A stretch of 64,000 bases of DNA from Macrostomum lignano (taxonomy: Eukaryota): the NCBI GenBank assembly GCA_002269645.1, contig NIVC01000397.1, positions 124,001 through 188,000 on the forward strand. Reading direction: 5' to 3'. The stretch's first letter is position 1, and every line of letters starts with the position of its first letter. The notes below the pieces were generated by a model that saw only the letters and a program-made list of their open reading frames with translations, did not search any database and was not told where the DNA came from. Shown here piece by piece: positions 62,298 through 64,000 of this stretch. Both the position numbers and the translations under genes were made by a program.

Positions 62298-64000
62298 AAA
62301 ATCCATGCGCGTGAGGCTGATCCGTACGTCACCGGCCGATTGGCGGGCCGAGAAGTCCCTTTCCTACTAGACAGCGGCAGTCGGAAAAACTTTCTTGGAG
62401 CGTCGACCTGGGCCAATGTTAGACGTCGGATGCCTCGTTGTATCATATCGCATGCTATCCCGGATTGCGTGACCATGTACGACGGTACGCAGCTACCCCT
62501 TGCGTGTAAGGTGATCATCCCGGTGGAGTTCGGTGATGTCGTCGCGGACACCGAATTCCTGGTCACGGTCACCGATTGTGAAAATTTGCTTGGTATTAAT
62601 TTCATGCGTGAACACTGCCAGAACTTGGACTTTGCTCAAGGAATGTTAAAGTTCAACAATGGCGCGTGCATTCCCGTTCGCTATTCGCGCCGTGAGCTTC
62701 AATCATGCCGGGTGTACACCTCCGAGAAGTGCACTCTGCCGCCGAGAAGTTCAGCGCTGTTGGCCGTCCAGTTGGATGTCGGCCACCCCGAGAACCGAGG
62801 ATCGCCATCAATCGTCGAGCTGGTGAAGTCGAGACTGCACCCCAGCTGCAACACTCTGGAAGCAGCTCCAGCTCTGATGACTATGCCTGAAGGTCGAGGC
62901 TACATCGAGGTCGTCAACACTGCTGACTGTGAGGTGTTCCTGCAGTCGGGCATCCGCGTTGGTGTTGCGACACCACTTAGAACTGCCGACCTGATGTACC
63001 TGGAAGAGACGCCGGAACCTGAAGTGCGACATTTGCCAAGGAGCCCTGAAGAGTCCAGCACAGCTTGGCTAGAGGAAGTCGAGATCAACAGCGAGCTGTC
63101 CGAAGATCAACGACAGAGAGTGCGAGATCTACTAGTTGAGTGTCAAGCAGCCTTCTCGAAGCATCTGCTAGACGCTGGCCTGACACACCTGGTGACCCAC
63201 GAGATCATCCTGAAGGATCGGACACCAGTTGCGCTACCACCGCGCAGGATCCCGCCTCATCTGAAGGACAAGCTAGACGCCCTGCTAGACGAGATGCTGG
63301 CGAAGCACATCATTCGCCCGGCTTATTCTAGCTACAACTCGCCAATGCTGATAGTGCCCAAGAAGGACGGCAACATCAGGCTGGTGCATGACTTCAGAGC
63401 TCTCAACGACAAGTGTGTGTACCACCCGTACCCGCTGCCGCACATTCAGGAGACCTTCGCGAAGCTGCGTGGTGCCCAGTGGTACTCTAGCTTGGATCTC
63501 GCTCAAGGATTCTGGCAGATCCCGCTGCGCGACTGCGATCAGCACCTGACGGCGTTCTCTGTGATTGACCGCGGACAATTCTGTTTCAATGTTCTACCGA
63601 TGGGTCTCCACGATAGTCCAGGCAGCTTTCAGCGTTGCATCAATAAGCTCCTGGACGGCCTGACGCCAAAGACTGCGCTTGGCTACATGGATGACATCGT
63701 GGTGCACTCTGTGACCTTCGAGGAGCAGCTGGACAACCTGCGGACTGTACTCCAGCGGATTATCGCAGCCAACCTCAAGGTCAAGCCGAAGAAGTGCCAT
63801 TTGTTCCTCAAGGAGCTGCATTATCTAGGCCACGTCGTGACTCCCGACGGCCTGAAGACCTGTGAGGACAAGATTGCGCAGATCCGTGATTGGCCCGTGC
63901 CACAGTCCGTTACTCAACTGAGACAATTCCTAGGCCTCGCCAATTACTACCACAAGTTTGTCAACGGCTACGCTGGATTTGCTGCGCCGCTACATGCCCT
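62298..64000 (+). mobile_element. Gypsy pol: aspartic protease and reverse transcriptase, open to the window end
   Basis: FLLDSGS (protease), NSPMLIVPKKDG, DFRALN, LDLAQGFWQI, PMGL, YMDDIVV, YLGHVV and LRQFLGLANYY. It is absent from the ORF track because there is no stop before 64000. Confidence 0.95.

Noticed and set aside
62249-62356. Splicing from the GTAAGT at 62251 as the gag-pol joining mechanism
   Set aside because: No nearby AG acceptor gives the pol frame, and there is no polypyrimidine tract.

Overview
Eukaryotic, intron-rich genomic DNA with no sign of prokaryotic origin. Introns are packed with mini- and microsatellites. The Q/S/A-rich proteins and the repeat load suggest a free-living flatworm such as Macrostomum, but this is inference only. 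Genes rebuilt by hand from GT-AG sites and phase continuity: (1) a Q/P/G-rich RGG protein exon (+, 1530-4214); (2) a Kv channel beta subunit of the aldo-keto reductase family (-, 9442-14161); (3) an 11-exon neutral ceramidase (+, 19762-26875); (4) a 14-exon SLC37A1/A2-type sugar-phosphate exchanger (+, 29728-37239); (5) a 4-exon secreted protein of about 880 aa with a very long poly-lysine repeat and a KSGH/KSGY block (-, 38775-43961), the most unusual item in the window; (6) fragments of an unidentified minus-strand gene or genes with a C-terminal TM helix (44793-50788); (7) five phase-1 exons encoding divergent, cysteine-poor CUB domains (-, 56717-59695). Mobile DNA: a tRNA-derived SINE family (4-5 copies, one with a 14-bp TSD), a CORE-like SINE, several MITE, hAT-like and foldback elements with TSDs, an RTE LINE remnant split by a solo LTR, and the 5' part of a Ty3/Gypsy element that runs off the window. 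Most long ORFs in the supplied track are artefacts of tandem repeats.
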